Source of the DNA: Octopus bimaculoides
Taxonomy: Eukaryota
DNA length: 64,000 nucleotides
Direction: 5' to 3'
Assembly (NCBI RefSeq): GCF_001194135.2
Contig: NC_068989.1
Coordinates: forward strand, 58,395,370 to 58,459,369
In this document: positions 24,693 through 37,617 of the stretch, in pieces
Layout of the letters: the number at the start of each line of letters is the position of its first letter
Numbering within the stretch: position 1 is the stretch's first letter
Program-made: the position numbers and the translations under genes
The notes under the pieces: generated by a model
Databases searched by the model: none
What the model was told of the DNA's origin: nothing
Seen by the model: the letters and a program-made list of their open reading frames with translations, nothing else

Positions 24693-27269
24693 GTAATTGA
24701 AAACTTATGTTAAGTTGTAATTTTATTTTACAATAAGTAAAGTATAGTGTGGAACTGATGATGGACTTATCTGTGCTTAAAATTTTCTCAAAAGAAAGGA
24801 AAGACAGAAGACAAGTGGTCACAAGTAGGAACCACTGGATATTTGTGTGGTGAGATGTCAGGTAGACTTACACTGAACCAATTTTTCAAGAGAACCTAAT
24901 GTCTAATATGTTATATTGAATATCATTTATTGGATAGTTAAAGTGAATTTTGAAGATACATTTTGTAAAATATATTTTGAAAATATGGGTTTGAATCCCA
25001 CTTCTGACATAAATTTTTTTTAAAGGTGCAGGCATGGATGTGTGGTAAGACACTTGCTTCCCAATCATATGGTTCCAGGTTCAGTCTCACGATGTCGCAC
25101 CTTGGGTAAATGTCTTCTACTATCGCCTCAAGCCAACCAAAGCCTTGTGAGTGGATTTGGTGGACGGAAACTGAAAGAAGCCTGTCATATATATGTATAT
25201 ATCTATGTGTGTATGTCTTTGTGTCTGTATTTGTCCCTCCCCACTATCACTTGACAACTGGTGTTAGTATCTGTAGGTAGAATATTTAGTTTGAAGGTTC
25301 TTGTGTTAAAAATTGTTGCAAGTTTTGCTAATGGTGTCATTGTTTTTGTGTATTTTATTAAAGCTAGAGACCACTTGTGCTAAATAGAGGTAATTCAGTG
25401 GTAGATCTGGTTCTGTGAAGATTATTGAAACATCTACTCTTACCAGTATGGAAAAATGGACAGAAGATGAAAATGATGATGATAGTGATGGTGGATGATG
25501 ATGATGATTATCACAACAATAGTTTAGCTCCTCATTTTGGTTAAAGCCTTTATATCATCTTTTCACAACTGCAGTAACTTATAGGGATTATTATAATATA
25601 TGTGTGTATGTGTAAGATAAAAGATTATGCAGGAATAACTGATTATCCTATGAACTTTAGATGTGGTGGACTCAATAGTTGAGTACCTGAGTAACACCTT
25701 GCTGTTACTCAAGCACTCAACTATTGAGTCCACCATAAATTATAGTGTAAACAGCTGTAGGCTAATGAAGTTCATGAGATAATCGGTTATTCCTTTGTCA
25801 TTTTCTTTCTTATTACTGCTTTGTAATTCAGAAGCATATGTATATTAAGTTCTACACCAGATTATTAGTGTCACAATGCCAAAGTGAAATATATATATGT
25901 ACATATATACGCACACACAAGTAATCACATAAATGCAGAACAAGGTGGGGGAAAAATAGTACTCGAATACTGAAGGTAGAGTAATATGCTTTTTTAATGT
26001 TAAAGCTGCAAAATCATCACAAAGCTGTTTTGTGATGTTTTTGCAGCTTTTGTAATAAAAAAGAATATATATAAGCACCATTTAAGTATGATCGTTGCCA
26101 GCATTGCCTTACTGGGACGTACTGGTGGCATGTGAAAAACAACATTTGAGCGTGGTCATTGCCAGTGCCACTGGACTGGCTCCTGTGCAGGTGGCATGTA
26201 AAAAACACCTTTTGAGCGTGGTTGTTGCCAGTACCGCCTGACTGGCCCTTGTGCTGGTGGTACATAAAAGCACCCACTATGCTCTCGGAATGGTTGGGGT
26301 TAGGAAGGGCATTCAGCTGTAGAAATTTTGCCAGGTAAGATTGGAGCCTGGTGCAGCCTTCTGGCTTGCCAGTCCTCAGTCAAACCGTCCAACCCATGCC
26401 AGCATGGAAAGCGGACGTTAAATGACGATGATGATGATGATGTATATATATGTGTGTATGTGTATATATATATGAAATATATCATCAGACTAAGCAGCAC
26501 AATTTGATGATTTACTTTTGTAAGAATGAGATGTAAATGTTAACATAAATCAAAATTGTGAAATTAAAGGAGATATCAGAGATTTGTGTGATATTTTCAA
26601 GGACAAACAAGAGATTGGGTGGTTTAGTTCTTTTTGTAAAGGAAATGGAAATAAAGTTGACATATTGGAGGAATAAATCATGAGAATGGCCTAATATGGT
26701 GATTAATACAAAAGAAGATGACACTGAAATAAATTAGGCAACCTGTTAATGCAAGACTAGCAAGATTTGTGTCATCACCATCATCATATAACTTCCACAT
26801 TCCATGCTGGCATAGTTGGGTGGTTTGACAGGATGTGATAGGGTCTGAATGCTGCATTGTGCTCCAGTGTATGTTGTGGCATGATTTCATGGTTGGATGC
26901 CCTTTCTAATGTAAACCACATTACAGTGTGTACTTGGTGCATTTTTCCTGACACCAGCCCTACCACTGAGGTCATCATGCAGCTTGCAAAACTAAGATCA
27001 TCCTTGACTAAGTGGTTCTACAATAGAAAGGGAGGAGGCTTCATGTTAGGAGATGAGAGAGCTAAAAAATGAGAGGTGGGGACAAAAGAAAACAGGTTTC
27101 TAGCTGTAAGGGAGCTACAAGGCTTCCATTATAGGAGAAAAGGTGGGGGTGGTGATGAAGTGTCAGGATGGATGTCTGAATATGAGGTGAGCAGAAGTGA
27201 GTGGAGATAGAACAGGAAGTATGGGTGGGTATTTTTTTGTATCTATTTTCTGTTTTTAACTTGTTTCAA

Positions 27270-27510
27270 TCATTAGACTGTAGCCATGCTGGAGCACTGC
27301 CTTGAACAGTTTGGTCCAACAAATTGACCCTAGTACTTTTTTTTTTTCAAGTCTGATACTTATTCTATTGGTCTCTTTTGCTGAATGGCTAAGTTATGGG
27401 GACATAAATAAAACAACACAGTTGTTAAGTGGTGATAAGGGACAAACACAAACACAAAGATGCACTTACATAGATATATACATGCACGTGCACGTGCACA
27501 CACACACACA

Positions 27511-27584
<74 letters not shown>

Positions 27585-27680
27585 GCTTTTTACAGTTTCT
27601 GTCTACAAAAAAAAAAAAAAATGCAGCAGGACTGAACTTGGAACCATGTGATTGGGAAGCAAACTTCTTATCATACAGCC
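27270..27680 (-). mobile_element. SINE family A copy
   Basis: Degenerate reverse complement of family A with long (TA)n; ends about 80 nt before LCMT2 exon 3. Confidence 0.75.
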
Positions 27681-27759
27681 AATATATAAGATTTTCAATT
27701 AAAATTTCCTCTTCTTTGAATTGTATTAAATTTACTTCATTTTTTTTGTTTTCCTACAG

Positions 27760-27844
27760 AGGATACTACATCAGATCATATGCCATTGACTATTTTTTAA
27801 AATTGTTCCTTAAAGCATCAAATGAAATATCTGAAAAGAGACAG
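27760..27844 (+). CDS. LCMT2: LCMT2 exon 3
   Basis: CCTACAG|A completes Arg; GYYIRSYAIDYFLKLFLKASNEISEKRQ|GTTGGT; conserved RGYYxR. Confidence 0.94.
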
Positions 27845-29113
27845 GTTGGTTGTCAGTTTTTAGTGATTGAACAGCATCATTATTTACTATCTCATGTCTT
27901 ATCCTTGTTCATTTTGTAGCTCATTGTTCATTTTATAAAAATAGATTTAGTTAATGACTTTTTTCTAGTGCTTTGAAATATATCTGTCTTTGATCAGATT
28001 ATTAAAATCTTAAGTAAATACTTTATTAATTTTGATAGTTTTGACAATCGTGAAATAAAGAGTAAATAGTTACTGTGGTTACAGTTTTCATTAGGTCATC
28101 ATCTTCATTATCATCACTTAGTGTCCAATTTTCATGCCAGCATGGGTTGGATGGTTTGACAGAAGCTGGTAAGGCCAGGAGCTGCACCAGGTTTCATAGA
28201 TTGTTTTGGCATGGTTTCTACAACTCGATGCCCTTCCTAATGTCAACCACTCTACAGAGTGTACTGGGTGCTTTTTATGTGGCACTAGCACCAGTGCTTT
28301 TTTATGTGACATTAGCACAGTGCCTTTTATGTGGCACCAGCACTAATGCTTTTTATGTAGCACCAGCACCAATGCTTTTTTATGTAGCACCATCACTGGT
28401 GCATTTTAAGTGTTAGGGAATGAAATGTGAGCTTCTTATGGATAGGCATTACCAAGGTGGTTTTAGGATATCAGTTCTGTTGTAGTGGATGGGTCTTCTT
28501 GAGTACAGCACTGTGCTATGTATATCGGTCCTTTGTCATCTCCTTTGTAAGGCTCAATGTTTTGAAATTGGCCTTCAATACTTTGTCCTATGTCTTCTTA
28601 GGTCTCCCTCTTCCACAAGTTCCATCCACTTTAAGTAATTGGTACTTCTTTATGTAGCTGTCTTCATCCATATGCATCACATGACCAAACCAGCAGTGTT
28701 CTCTCTTGCATACTGCATCTAATTCCCATTATGCCTGACTTTTCTCTGAATACACAAGTTCTCTGTCGCACATGTACATCAACATTGCTTATTAAGTGGA
28801 GCATGCCAGCTTCATTCCTTTCTAGTTTTCGCATGTCCTCTGTATTCAGGGCCCATGTCTGCTTACCATGTAAAAGAAACTTTTTGCTTCAGTACATAAG
28901 AGAACAAAACTCCAGGAAAATTAATTATGTCTAATTTATCTTATTTGGTTTAAATATTGTTTGAATGGTTTTGTAAATATGAATTGGTATTTCTGAATAA
29001 AAAACTTTGTGCTTGTAATGCTAATTACTGCAAATGTATTTGCATGTGTAGTACAGAAATAGTGTGTAGTAATGAAATTATACTTATCTAAGTTTGAATT
29101 TCTATTGTTTCAG

Positions 29114-29197
29114 ATCATTTCTCTTGGTGCTGGGTTTGATACTGCTTATTTCCGGCTCAAATCTCAAGGACTCTTGGAGAACTGTGTCTTTTATGAG
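29114..29197 (+). CDS. LCMT2: LCMT2 exon 4 (SAM-binding motif I)
   Basis: TTTCAG| IISLGAGFDTAYFRLKSQGLLENCVFYE |GTAAGG; 84 nt, phase 0-0; SLGAGFD motif. Confidence 0.96.
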
Positions 29198-29689
29198 GTA
29201 AGGTTTAGAAATTGGTTCAAAATGTAAAACTTTTATTTTCGCTATTGATTGAGTGTTTAGCACCTGTACCAGTGGAGCGCTAAGAGCACTATTCGAGCGT
29301 GATCGTTACTAGCGTCACCTTCCTGGCACGTGAAAAGTTGTTCGAGCAAGATCGTTGCCAGGTTGGCGTTAGGAAGGGCATCCAGCTGTAGAAACTCTGC
29401 CAAATCAGATTGGAGCCTGGTGTAGCCATCTGGTTCACCAGTCCTCAGTCAAATCGTCCAACCCATGCTAGCATGGAAAGTGGACGTTAAACGATGATGA
29501 TGATGATTCCATTACATTTTAGATCAGTTTTCATTAATAAATCAGAAAATTGCCTCTTTATATTTTGTGTTATTTCATGAGAATTTGGTTGAAATTTATA
29601 TAGTTGTTATTTTTAAAACTAGAGATTTTTGTAACTTTCAAGTTGTGCAGAATAAAACATTCAAAGGGAAATTGAGGGAGTATTTACAT

Positions 29690-29908
29690 TTTAATATTCA
29701 GACTACTCTGCCAAGTGTAATGCTTATTTATTGACATTGTTTTGAATTAATCATGCATTATCTCACAACTTTGAGATTTTGATGATGTGATTATTTATAT
29801 AATGATATTGAAGGGTAGATGTGAGAAGCCAGATCTGGTCGACTTGAAAATATAAAACTGGCAGAATGTTTGAGTTGGATATAGCTGGTTTAAATGCTAA
29901 AGGGTTAA
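29690..29908. mobile_element. piggyBac-type MITE (degenerate)
   Basis: Ends AAATGCTAAAGGGTTAA; a related copy in opposite orientation lies at about 44785-45005. Confidence 0.6.
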
Positions 29909-31409
29909 GAAGCTATAGATTTACATAGTAAGCCTTTTTATAAAACATTTGCTATGCAGCTGCAAGTTTGAAAGAGTAAAGACCATATGGTGAATATTTA
30001 TGAGAAAAATGTTTATTGATTATTTGAATGATTCTCTGAATATAGTTAGAAATTTGAGATAATAGGAATTCTATTGAGATTCATCTTAATTTCATTCCCC
30101 TACATCTTCCTAAGCCATTAGTTTCTTCCTCTGTCAATTCACAGCTTATTTCCATCCAACACATCTACCTTTTACGCAACAGTTAATATCTTGCAACTGC
30201 ATAAGCATGAATGATAGAATGAACTATTTACTTGCTTATACCCAAAGAAGATGTGAAAGATATTTTTTTTTCATACAATTCATGCTATTAACAATCTTAA
30301 AGTTAACATTTTGGCAGTGATATGGACTTTGATGAATAGATATTGCTAAAACTTGTATATAATAGATCATTTTAGTATAATGCTTTCAAATTTGGCACAA
30401 GGCCAGCAATTTCAGGGAGGAGTTAAGTTGATTACATCAACCTCAGTATTCAGCTGGTACATATTTTATCAATCTGGAAAAGATGAAAGATCATTTTAGT
30501 ATAATGAAAGGTTATTCTCACTAAAAGAATTGTAAGTGTATGGCAATGAGTGAAAATAAATTTGCGTGTGACTGACCATAACACAAGTTGTAACAATCAG
30601 TTCAGCAATGAAGTGAGTTTGTTCAAGATATGTTTTTGTGTCTTGTTTGCAACTAATTTAATTTTTAATATGGTGCAGTGTATACTGTAGGAAAAGATAT
30701 TGGCACCATGTGACAGTGTCTTTTGCTGATGTCACAGCAGAACAAACTGACTAAATAGGAGGCCAGTATGCTATTATCTAAAGAGTAAAAATTGCTTGCT
30801 ATGAATGGTTTGGTGCTTTGAAAAGTTATGCAAATATCCACATTCATTTAAGTGGAATTGCCTGTTCTCGTGTTTGTTATCTACCATAAAATTGCAATAT
30901 TTTGTCTCAGTATTTCATTCATCATCATCAACATTTGATATCCATTTTCCATATTGGACAGCTTGACAGGACCTGGCAAAGCCAGGGGCTGTACTGGTCT
31001 CATAGTCTGTTTTGGCTCGCTTTCTACAGCTTGATACCTTTCCTAATGCCAACTAGTTTACAAAGTGTACTGGGTGCTTTTTACATGGCACCAGCACCAG
31101 TACTTTTTATGTGGCACCTTAGTTTTAGGATTTCAATTCTGTTGTGGGTGAGTCTTCTTGAGTGCAGCAATGCACCACATATGTCAGTTCTCTGTCATCT
31201 CCTTTGTAAGGTTCAACACTTTGAGATTGGCCTTCAATACTCTGTTCCATGCATTTTTAAGTTTAATTTTTCTTTGCATCTAAGTTTCTTGGATATATTT
31301 GTAATTCAGTTTATTGACATTGTATATAGCTACAATGAAATGTTGGGGTAATTTTATAAATTTCTGTATTGATTTCAATTTTTGAAGTTTAAAACTCAAT
31401 ATATTTCAG

Positions 31410-31530
31410 GTGGACTTTTTGGATGTTGTCAAAAGAAAAGCTAGTTCAATAAGACAAACTAAAGAATTAAACGAACTACTAATAGAAGACTTTGATGATA
31501 AAATTCACTCACCTGAATTGTCTTTGGTTG
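31410..31530 (+). CDS. LCMT2: LCMT2 exon 5
   Basis: TTTCAG| VDFLDVVKRKASSIRQTKELNELLIEDFDDKIHSPELSLV + G|GTAAGC; completes E-VDF motif; phase 1. Confidence 0.93.
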
Positions 31531-32564
31531 GTAAGCTAATACTAATTTAATTTCAATATTTAAACATTTTTAACTATAATTACTAAATAGATATGAATTT
31601 GTGTTCTGTTTTCAAATTTAAGTTGCTTAATATTTGAGTTGATTGAATAATAAATTTATTTGCTTGTTGAGTTATCAAAAACATTTTACTGATAGGAAAT
31701 TATTTACTATTTAAAGTGGGAGAGGGTAAGAATTCATTACCATTTTGAAGAGAGAATCAGAGGTTTGGATAACACTGGAGTTCTGATTTTTTTGTGGTGG
31801 TTGGGATGGCATAATTTTATGGCTATATACTCTTTCTATCATCAAATACTTACACCATACATTGGGTGTATATTATTACATCATCTACACTATACAGTTT
31901 GTTTGTGACTGAACTAAAAGCTCCTTTCTACTCTATATTAGTTCTTATTATCCTTCACGGTCAGTTACACACAATTATCCATATCTCCTTCATTTGTTTC
32001 TTTTCTTTTAAAATGCTTTTTTTTTTACAGCTAGATGCCACTCCTTGAGGTACATTTTATTGTATTGTTGTATATTAGAAAGGTTATCTGTGACTAGACT
32101 AAAGGCATCTCTGCAACCTGTATATTTTTATTCAGAGTTATTAACTTTTTAGACAGGCTGTCTGTGATGTGGCTTGTAGAGTTCATTTCTTCTTTCTATG
32201 TTCCAGACATTCTAATGTTTTAACCAATTCCAATACTAAATTATAAAGATTAATGTTAAATGTTGATTTTATTTATACCATTCCTAAACATTCCTTTGCG
32301 CTCAACAACTCACTCAAGTTGATATATTCATCTCTTCTTTCTCCATTTGCTGCTAAGCAAAATTATATTTGTTACATTGTTTATTAATTCTTCTTTTCTG
32401 TAGAAGGGGTGACTTTGGTAATAATGATACAATCAATTCTCAAACCTTCCAGCCATTTTGAATTTTCTATATTCAGCTATCACTGCTTTAATGTCATTAA
32501 TTGTGTCAGAAGTTATTTTTTACTGTTAGTGATCAATTGGTGAACAATTACAATTTCAAGTGCA

Positions 32565-33110
32565 TTGGTCATCCCATAAATAATGTGGTTTTTTTCATAC
32601 TCCTTTTATTTTTCAAAATTAAGATAAACGAAGTTCTTTTTCGATCTAAAATATACTCTCCTTCATTTTCTACAAAGCTCTTCCATTGATCTGGTAGACT
32701 TTCAAGGTCCCTCTTCCAAAATTCACTTGTCCATGATGAAAAATCCTTCTCCAGTACTGTTCTGACCTCATCTACAGAATTCATATCTTTTCCATCCAAA
32801 TGATTTTGAAGACTGTGGAATAAATGATAATTAGATGGGGCAATGTCTGGCGAATATGGTTGGTGGGGCATCATTTCCCATTCAAACTGCTCCAACCTTT
32901 GGAATGTCATCCTCACTGTATATGGCTGAAGATTACCCTGATGGAAGAACAGTTGTCATTATACAACTGAAAACATAACCAGGACCCAGACGCATCCTGT
33001 TACCTTCTTCAAGGCTATGGAAATGCTTGATTTCATCTCTACATGCTAATAAAATACTTGTTCATTATACAATGTTCACATTCCTTGATGGGGTGAGCTG
33101 TTGTAATGTA
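32565..33110 (-). mobile_element. Mariner transposon 3' fragment
   Basis: ORF 32569-32916 has PHQPYSPDIAPSNYHLFHSLQNHL and LPDQWKSFVENEGEY; TIR-like end TTGGTCATCCCATAAATAAT at 32565. Confidence 0.88.
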
Positions 33111-33385
33111 TGTTACCTATTAACAGCTTGGTGTACTGAATAGTGCTGATTAAGTGTCTTTTAAGTGGATGTAATGATGGAATATGGACAGTTGATCCTT
33201 CAGCCAGTTGTGAATGTTCACATAAAGTTAAAAGGCAGAGAAACTTTATAAAATAAATCTGATAATAATGGATTCAGTTAATCAGTTGTTAAGTCTGTGA
33301 TGTAAATTGATGCTGTTGAATTATTGTTTGAGTTTTATATTATTAAATGTCATTACACTGATTGTATTTTTATTATTGCTTTTAG

Positions 33386-33533
33386 AAATATATTCCAAGG
33401 ATTATGTGTTGATTGGTGTCGATTTAACCCAGATTAAGCAGTTGGACGATGTTCTACGTCAGTGCCATATAAACCATACATGCTGTACATTGATACTTTC
33501 TGAATGTGTCCTCACCTACTTACCACCATCTTA
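33386..33533 (+). CDS. LCMT2: LCMT2 exon 6
   Basis: CTTTTAG|AA; EIYSKDYVLIGVDLTQIKQLDDVLRQCHINHTCCTLILSECVLTYLPPS + TA|GTAAGT; conserved GxDL and SECVLTYL. Confidence 0.95.
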
Positions 33534-33579
33534 GTAAGTCTAATAGATGCTTTCATCTGATTTTGTAGCTCATTCAATT

Positions 33580-34460
33580 CTTAACTAGTTTAAAGTCTGG
33601 AAGAAGGGGTTGAGCCCATGCTCTTCAGAAACCCTTGAGACTAATGAGATCAATACAGTGAACTGCTGCAGGGGAAACCATGTACGAGGAGAGAATTCCA
33701 GGGGAATAACATCATTGAGAGGACAGACAGGGTGTTTGGGTCTGGGTAGAGTACAATACAGAGAGTTGAGTGAGTTGGGAGTGCATGAGTAGAAGTGGCA
33801 TGTGACCAGCCAACTCTGAGCCACACAGGCTACACTAGGAAAAGGTAGGAAGAAAAAGGCTGAGAGAGGAAACAGTATGTCTTTGGACCAGAGGCCAGAG
33901 AGTGTTAAGTGACTTTATGTCTATCAGTCAAGTATCCTTTCTTTGGATACTGTCTTGGATGTTTGTGTGTAGCAGTAGTACCATTCCAGATGATGGGGAA
34001 GCACTCAATTATTGGTTTCTGTTGGAGACTGAAGTACTTTTTGACTTTAAAGAGATGAATCCATCTTTGTGATGTTGTCTTTACTATATTGAGGGTTGTG
34101 TGTTCAGCAGGAGAGTTCCCTAGTGATAGTATGGCCTAGTATTTGCAATGACTTTGAGGTGTATAGATACAAGCTATTCATGTTCAGTGGGTGGGGGTGC
34201 AACAATGTTTTTCTGGTATGTATTGTGATTGTATCTCTGTGTTGTTGGAAGAGACTAAATGATATGACCCCATTGGAGTATGTTTCCAAGGTCTTTGCTT
34301 GTAAAGTCAGTGCAGGTTTGACATGATTCTAGATAAATAATTCTTGAATATAGAAGGTTAAAGAGGAATGTATGGTGGTATCACCTGTGCAGGAGTGAGT
34401 AGGTTTCAGTCACTCATCTAGCATTTTGTAATGGGTCAGAGGTAAAGTACATGTGCTGCC
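33580..34460 (-). mobile_element. Degenerate CR1/L2-group LINE 3' part
   Basis: Decayed C-terminal motifs (PIIWNG...DSIQRK), similar to 41870-42330. Confidence 0.5.
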
Positions 34461-35476
34461 AGTGATAGTTAGTACAAGACTAGAGACTGTTAGTATAGAA
34501 CTGGTAAAGCTCCAGTCAGTTTGTGGATGTAATTTTAATTCAGTATATATTTTTTCTATGGCTCATTATGTTCAAGATGTTAGTGCTCATTTAGTTACAT
34601 ATCATACTGAAGGCATTTCCTTGCCCAGAAAATTTTAACAAGGATTGTCATTAAATTTAATGATATCTCCCTTCTCTTTTTGTGTAATTTTAATTGATTA
34701 CACTTTTTGGGGGACTCTCTACATTATGTTAGCCCCTACTTAACTATATTATTATGGTATTGAATGTAAGTCTTTATATGTTAGCCTCTACACTACTTAA
34801 TTAGATTGATTTCAAATTTTGGCACAAGGCCATTAAGTTTGGGGTAAGATTTAAGTTGATTACATCAACCCCAATACTCAACTGGTACTTATTTTATCAA
34901 CCCCGAAAAGATGAAAGCAAAGTCAATGACAGACGAAATGCCACTACATTAGGTATTTTACCCATTGTGCTTATGGTTCTGCTAGCTTGCTGCCTTACCC
35001 TACTTAAATATATTGTTATTATTTTATACTTTTTAAGCATGTAGTTAAACACGTACAAGAAAGTATACTTTCCAGATTTCATCTTAACTTTTATTGGCTT
35101 TAAAGACAGAAATATCCCTGTACAGAATACTTTCTGATATTCATGAATTGGGTTGTTTATTGATTCTGATTGAATCTATTTTGAGTTTGTGTGTGTGTAT
35201 TCTCTTAATATGGAAGAATCTGAATAATTATTGGATTCTGCAAAAATATGTAAATAAAAAAGACATTTTGAAAACTAATTATGCTAAAATATTTGTGCTG
35301 GTTTTTAGTTAGTGGTTTTTGCATAATGTAACCAGATTTCTTTGTATTTAATTGCTTTTATAATCAAGAATTTTAAAATCTATAATATTTCACATTTCAT
35401 ATTTATAAATGTTACATAAAAGAGGAATTTCAAATCTTTCTTGTTTCTTAATAATTTCCATTTAACTATTTTCCAG

Positions 35477-35543
35477 TTCACAAGCTGTGATAAAATGGGC
35501 TGTGGAATGTTTTTCTAATGCTGTTTTTATTGATTATGAACAG
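35477..35543 (+). CDS. LCMT2: LCMT2 exon 7
   Basis: TTCCAG|T; YSQAVIKWAVECFSNAVFIDYEQ|GTATTT; conserved YEQ. Confidence 0.93.
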
Positions 35544-36890
35544 GTATTTATATTTCTTTCTGAACTATCATGGCTAGTATAGCCTATGATATTTTTGTAG
35601 TCTTTGAATAATATAAACTGACTTTAGGACTTCTATGCCTTATACAACATTTTATGATTAATTTGTCAATAGTTAAACTTTGTTTCTGTTGATAGTAAAC
35701 TGATTCAAAAACAAGGTATTTGTATGCACTTAAAATCCTTCTTTTGCAACTTTTCTTTGATGTCAGCCATAAAACAATGGAGCAAATAATCCATGGCTGG
35801 GAGTTTAGAATTGTGAACATCAAGGCAAACCTACATACATCATATCTGGCACTAAATCTTGTTCTTGGATTGTCCAGTATCCAGTTTATATATGTTGCTA
35901 TGTGGTGAAGAGACATTACTAGTTTTGTGGTTTGATATTGAGGAATGATAAATAAAACTATTTAACAGATTTTTATGAAAGTTTTGGTTTGCTCCCATTT
36001 TTGTTTCTGTTTTCCTATCAAATTCAACACATAAAATACAAAAATTATATTAGTTTTTGTTTCTACAACAAAAATTTGCATAATAATCAATACACACACA
36101 CATCATCATCATTTAGTGTCTGCTTTCCATGCTGGCATGGGTTAGATGGTTTGACTGGAACTGGTAGACTGGAGAGCTGTACCAGGTTCCATTCTGATTT
36201 GGCTTGGTTTCTATGGCTGGATGCCCTTCCTAATGTCAACCACTCCAAGAATGTAATGGGTACCTTATACATGTCACCAGGACTGGCCATGACTAATATC
36301 CCTTGGCTTGACGAGTCTGCTCAAGCACAGTGAATCACCAAAGGTCTGAATCACTTGTCATTGCCTCTCCATGAGACCCAACATTCGAAGATCATGCTTC
36401 ACCACCTCACCCCATGTCTTCCTGGGTCTACTTCTTCCACAGGTTCCCTTCACACTTAGAGATCAAAACTTCTCTATGCAGCTGTCTTCATCCTTATGCA
36501 TCACATGACCATACCAACGCAATCTTTTCTCTTGCACACCACACCTGATGCCTCAACTGCATTATATAACATATTATAGAAATCATATAATAAGTACTGA
36601 TGAATAATCAAAGATCTTTGTAATTATCTGTTTTTTGTTGTTGCCTCTGCTTCACCTGTCATCCAATGAACTTTTTGTGTCAGACAACTACTTAACTGTC
36701 ATGTGTTTCCTACAAAGCTAAGCTCTGCTTTAGCAGGAAAAATAGCCTTGTTTGTTGAATTTGTTTATATATTACATAGTTGTTTTTAATCTGTCAGTAG
36801 AATTATTTACCATTCCAGTTCAGTTATTTCCTATGATAATGTGTTAGTTCATTAAAAAACATTCTACATTTAAAAAAAATTTATTTGCAG

Positions 36891-36922
36891 ATAAACCCTG
36901 ATACTGCATTTGGACATTTCAT
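36891..36922 (+). CDS. LCMT2: LCMT2 exon 8 (32-nt micro-exon)
   Basis: TTTGCAG| INPDTAFGHF + AT|GTGAGT; supplies the PxxAFGxFM motif and the phase 0-to-2 change needed between exons 7 and 9. Confidence 0.9.
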
Positions 36923-37210
36923 GTGAGTATCTATTAACTTTATTTTCTTAATAATTTTATTATAAATTACTTTTGAAATTAGAAATAAGACAATCAAATA
37001 AAATTTTCAATACAAAATGATTTAGTGTTCCTTACATACAATCTCTGAAATTATTATTTTGGTGATCATTGTCATTAACTGTAGGGGAAAAATAAATTAA
37101 ATCTCTTATATTTTGCTGATGAGGATGTCAAATGTAAAGATGTAAGACATTTGGGTACTTAACAAAATTTAATAGGTTAGATAAAATATATTTTATGAAA
37201 AATATTAATA

Positions 37211-37617
37211 GGTGCAGGAGTGGCTGTATGGTAAGTAGCTTGCTTGCCAACTACATGGTTCCGGGTTCAGTCCCACTGCGTGGCACCTTGGGTAAGTGTC
37301 TTCTATAGCCTCGGGCCGACCAAAGCCTTGTGAGTGGATTTGGTAGACGGAAATTGAAAGAAGCCCGTCGTATATATGTATATGTATATATATATATGTG
37401 TGTTTGTGTGTCTGTGTTTGTCCCCCCAACATCACTTGACAACCAATGGTGGTGTGTTTACGTCCCCGTCACTTAGCGGTTCGGCAAAAGAAACCGATAG
37501 AATAAGTACTAGGCTTACAAAGAATAAGTCCTGGGGTCGATTTGCTTGACTAAAGGTGGTGCTCCAGCATAGCCACAGTCAAATGACTGAAACAAGTAAA
37601 AGAGTAAAAGAGAGAGT
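37211..37617 (+). mobile_element. SINE family A, near full-length copy
   Basis: Head GGTGCAGGAGTGGCTGTATGGTAAG...GGTTCAGTCC, central (TA)n/(TG)n, tail AAGAGTAAAAGAG. Other copies: + at about 2564, 21190, 25023, 57660, 62000; - at 1-70, 5951-6310, 27270-27680. Confidence 0.85.

Noticed and set aside
28270-28400. CRISPR-like array of about 24-bp units
   Set aside because: Head-to-tail degenerate repeats (GTGCTTTTTATGTGGCACCAGCAC) with no unique spacers, part of the family B SINE; eukaryotic context and no cas genes.
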